A DNA stretch of 64,000 nucleotides. Source: Torpedo marmorata (lineage: Eukaryota). Within the stretch, counting starts at the first letter, position 1, and every line of letters begins with the position of its first letter. The notes beneath the pieces are model-generated. The model saw only the letters and a list, made by a program, of their open reading frames with translations, was not told the DNA's origin and did no database searches. Below are positions 62,201 to 64,000 of this stretch, in pieces. The position numbers and the translations under genes are program-made. Location of the stretch: positions 154,256,001 through 154,320,000 of the forward strand of contig OZ360225.1 in assembly GCA_977017645.1 (NCBI GenBank), given 5' to 3'.

Positions 62201-64000
62201 CCGTATATTTCAGCGTATAAGTCAAGTCTTGAAACCCTCAAAAATCTCTCAAAAAACAGGGGTTAACTTATACGCCGGATATACTTTTGAGACCTTAAAT
62301 TCAGCTCAAAAACCGCTCCACGCCGATTCGGCGTATATATCGACCCATGAAAACCCGATTCAGCGTATAAGTCGACCCTTGAAAACCCGATTTGGCATAT
62401 AAATCGACCCTTGAAAAACCAAAAAAAACCCGACTGCAACAAATTTTCATTGACATTTTTATTGAAAACAACAAGACATTTAGAACCCTTCAAAAATCAC
62501 TTTCGCTATCATCGTCTGAGGCAAAGATCTCGGCAAGCACATCCGGGGTCACACTGTTTAAACAGTCATCATACGGGTCCCAGTCTGTATCTGATGAGGC
62601 GGCTTCAGCTTTGTCGTCAGTGTCCCACGATAAATCATCTTCCGTACCATCAATTGCACAAGAGATACCGCACTTTTTAAACAATTTTATTACAGTCTCT
62701 ACTTTCACTTTGTCCCATGCCTTGAGCACGAAGTCACACAGCACATCAAGCGATGCAGCACGCATTGCCCCGCCTTTTGTAAATGATTTTTCTGCACTCG
62801 ACATCCATGTATTCCACTCTTCACGCACATGGTCTTTGAATGGCTTGTTCAAGCAGACATCGAGAGGTTGCAATATAGACGTCAAACCACCCGGGATAAC
62901 CGCCATGTAAGTATTATGTTGTGCTAATCTACTTTTAGTGTTCTCAGTTAAGTGGCTACGAAACATATCCCAGACCAGCAAACTCCGTTCCTTGCGTAAA
63001 CCGCCTGGCCGCCTGTTCCACACATTGTCCATCCATAGTTTTACACCATTTACATCCATCCATCCTTTTTCATGAAAATGTACAAAAATACCCGCAGGGA
63101 ATTTTATTTTAGTTTTAAATTTGCGTTTGAAGATTACCATGGGTCTTAACTTTGTCCCGTCGGCCATGCACGATAACACCACAGTAAACCTGGTCCTTTC
63201 ATGGCCTGTACTCCTGGTTTGCACAGTTTTCACACCTTTCCATTCCACTGTTCTATTGCCTATCATGTCTATTGCCTATTCATGGGGGTTTTGTCCATGT
63301 TTTCAATATTTGCCAATGTAAACTGGTGTTGTTACGTATAATAAACTGGTGAAAACGTACAACTTTATGATCAGATCTTTTGGTAGTTTCTGAGCAATTT
63401 TTGTTTTTGTCGTAATACCAGATTTTTCCTGTTCATGATATGGTTGCACCAGCCTACTGTAGCTTCAAAATCTTTACTGAGTTCTGGGTGCGACTTTGCC
63501 CACTTCAGTGCAAATGTTCTTATTTTATTTCAGGTGACTATGTAGCAATCTTGCCTCTGTTCACATACCCAGATTTTCCAACTCTGGCCAACAAGTGATT
63601 CCTCTTCTCATCGAACATAGCCTTTTTGGTATTTTTCTTAAAGTCTCTTCTTTCTTCCTCCAATCTCTTACCACTTCTCATATACCGGTATATCAAATTT
63701 TCTTGCAGCAGTACAGTTGTTGGTTTTCTTGGCCATTTCTATCACTTTTAATTTAAAACTCGCCTCATACTTTCAATGGAGCCTCCATGATAACAATCAC
63801 CTCCAGCCAACACCCAGCAGCTCAATCAGCGCGATCGTTGTGGGTCTTCCTATATGCCGGTCAACGCCCAGCATCTCAGGCATCGCGATTTTTGGGGGTG
63901 ATTTATACGCCGGTCAACGCCCAGCATCTCAGGCATCGCGATTTTTGGGGGTCGACTTATACGCCGGTCAACGCTCAGCATCTCGATTTTTTGGGGGTCA
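62201..64000 (-). mobile_element. pogo-superfamily DNA transposon (Passer/POGK-like), running off the window
   Basis: TA followed by CCGTATATTTCAGCGTATAAG terminus; subterminal repeats at both ends; transposase remnants. Confidence 0.9.
62490..63789 (-). pseudogene. DD35D transposase (Brinker-type HTH, CENP-B HTH, DDE_1), frameshifted
   Basis: KYEASFKLKVIEMAKKTNNCTAARKF N-terminus; LLVWD followed by 35 residues then D in LQPLD. Confidence 0.88.

Noticed and set aside
62328-62420. CRISPR-like repeat array
   Set aside because: Transposon subterminal repeats in eukaryotic DNA; no unique spacers and no cas genes

Overview
Eukaryotic, repeat-dominated DNA. The repeat repertoire (CR1, Rex1/Babar, L1, Penelope-like elements, V-SINE/HE1-like SINEs) suggests a cartilaginous fish (inference). 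Most of the window is nested transposable elements, and many have target-site duplications (TSDs) readable by eye. It holds two near-complete 4.4-kb Gypsy retrotransposons of one family, three solo LTRs, one full-length L1, one 5'-inverted L1, several Penelope copies with minimal hammerhead ribozymes, and a DD35D pogo (Passer/POGK-like) transposon at the right edge. No host gene could be named; two phase-compatible minus-strand candidate exons are noted at low confidence. Main find: the Gypsy family has no tRNA primer-binding site. The 14 nt after its 5' LTR are the exact reverse complement of its own LTR poly(A)-signal segment, with a compensatory base pair between the two copies, which suggests self-priming and/or poly(A)-site occlusion. 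It also has a YLDN RT motif and a recurring 5'-versus-3' LTR difference. Second find: a covarying structured RNA in the L1 inter-ORF spacer. Coordinates of degraded repeats are approximate.
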